From Blastopirellula marina (lineage in GTDB: Bacteria; Planctomycetota; Phycisphaerae; Sedimentisphaerales; UBA12454), in the NCBI GenBank assembly GCA_020721975.1, contig DYLR01000001.1:1-61918 (forward strand): a stretch of DNA of 61,918 nt, written 5' to 3'. Below are positions 61,769-61,918 of the stretch, piece after piece. Made by a program: the position numbers and the translations under genes. The notes under the pieces were generated by a model. The model was not told the DNA's origin, ran no database searches, and saw only the letters and a program-made list of their open reading frames with translations. The number at the start of each line of letters is the position of its first letter. The first letter of the stretch is position 1.

Positions 61769-61918
61769 ACGAAATATAATAACACCCAATAATTAAATCC
61801 GAAACTCGAAATCCGAAACAATATCGAATAATATTCAAAACTAAAATGCTCAAAACAAAAACCTAATATTACAGCGCAATTAACAATTTGGGAAGTTATA
61901 TAACCTGTTTAGCAATAA

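Overview
This 61.9-kb bacterial window has about 50% GC. tRNA CCA ends are not genome-encoded. The oxygen-detoxification genes, a PEP-CTERM protein and a PilX-like protein suggest an anaerobic or microaerophilic PVC-type (Planctomycetota-like) organism, but the taxon cannot be settled from sequence alone.

The core (15.1-48.4 kb) is one uninterrupted minus-strand translation/transcription supercluster. Gene order is tRNA-Thr, tuf, rpmG, tRNA-Trp, secE, nusG, rplKAJL, rpoBC, rpsLG, fusA, the S10-spc-alpha operons, then a HIT gene and an initiator-like tRNA-Met. No L30 gene is present.

Left flank:
- a truncated amt gene
- an orphan PilX-N-like beta-helix protein
- a roughly 9.6-kb minus-strand operon joining rhamnose catabolism (rhaA, YuxG-type aldolase, rhaB, one SDR and one atypical MDR dehydrogenase) directly to lipoamide E2 and E3
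- a divergent DeoR regulator followed by a fused E1 alpha/beta gene

Right flank:
- an O2/ROS defence island: Dps/bacterioferritin-like protein, flavodiiron protein, desulfoferrodoxin, rubredoxin-less rubrerythrin-like protein, rubredoxin, an orphan RnfD/NqrB-like membrane protein and a nitroreductase
- a P-domain-only PEP-CTERM protein
- a solitary murG
- an orphan parB with two perfect parS sites
- a redoxin lipoprotein and an AKR-FeS oxidoreductase

The points most worth follow-up are:
- the sugar-operon/dehydrogenase-complex fusion
- an XRE-like HTH extension on ribosomal protein L22
- a modular T(T/C)AGCC+hairpin (REP-like) repeat family that brackets murG
- strand-asymmetric C-free GGAT/TGG word repeats that form long imperfect palindromes
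- the orphan RnfD

All calls come from reading the translations and the sequence by eye. No database search was possible.
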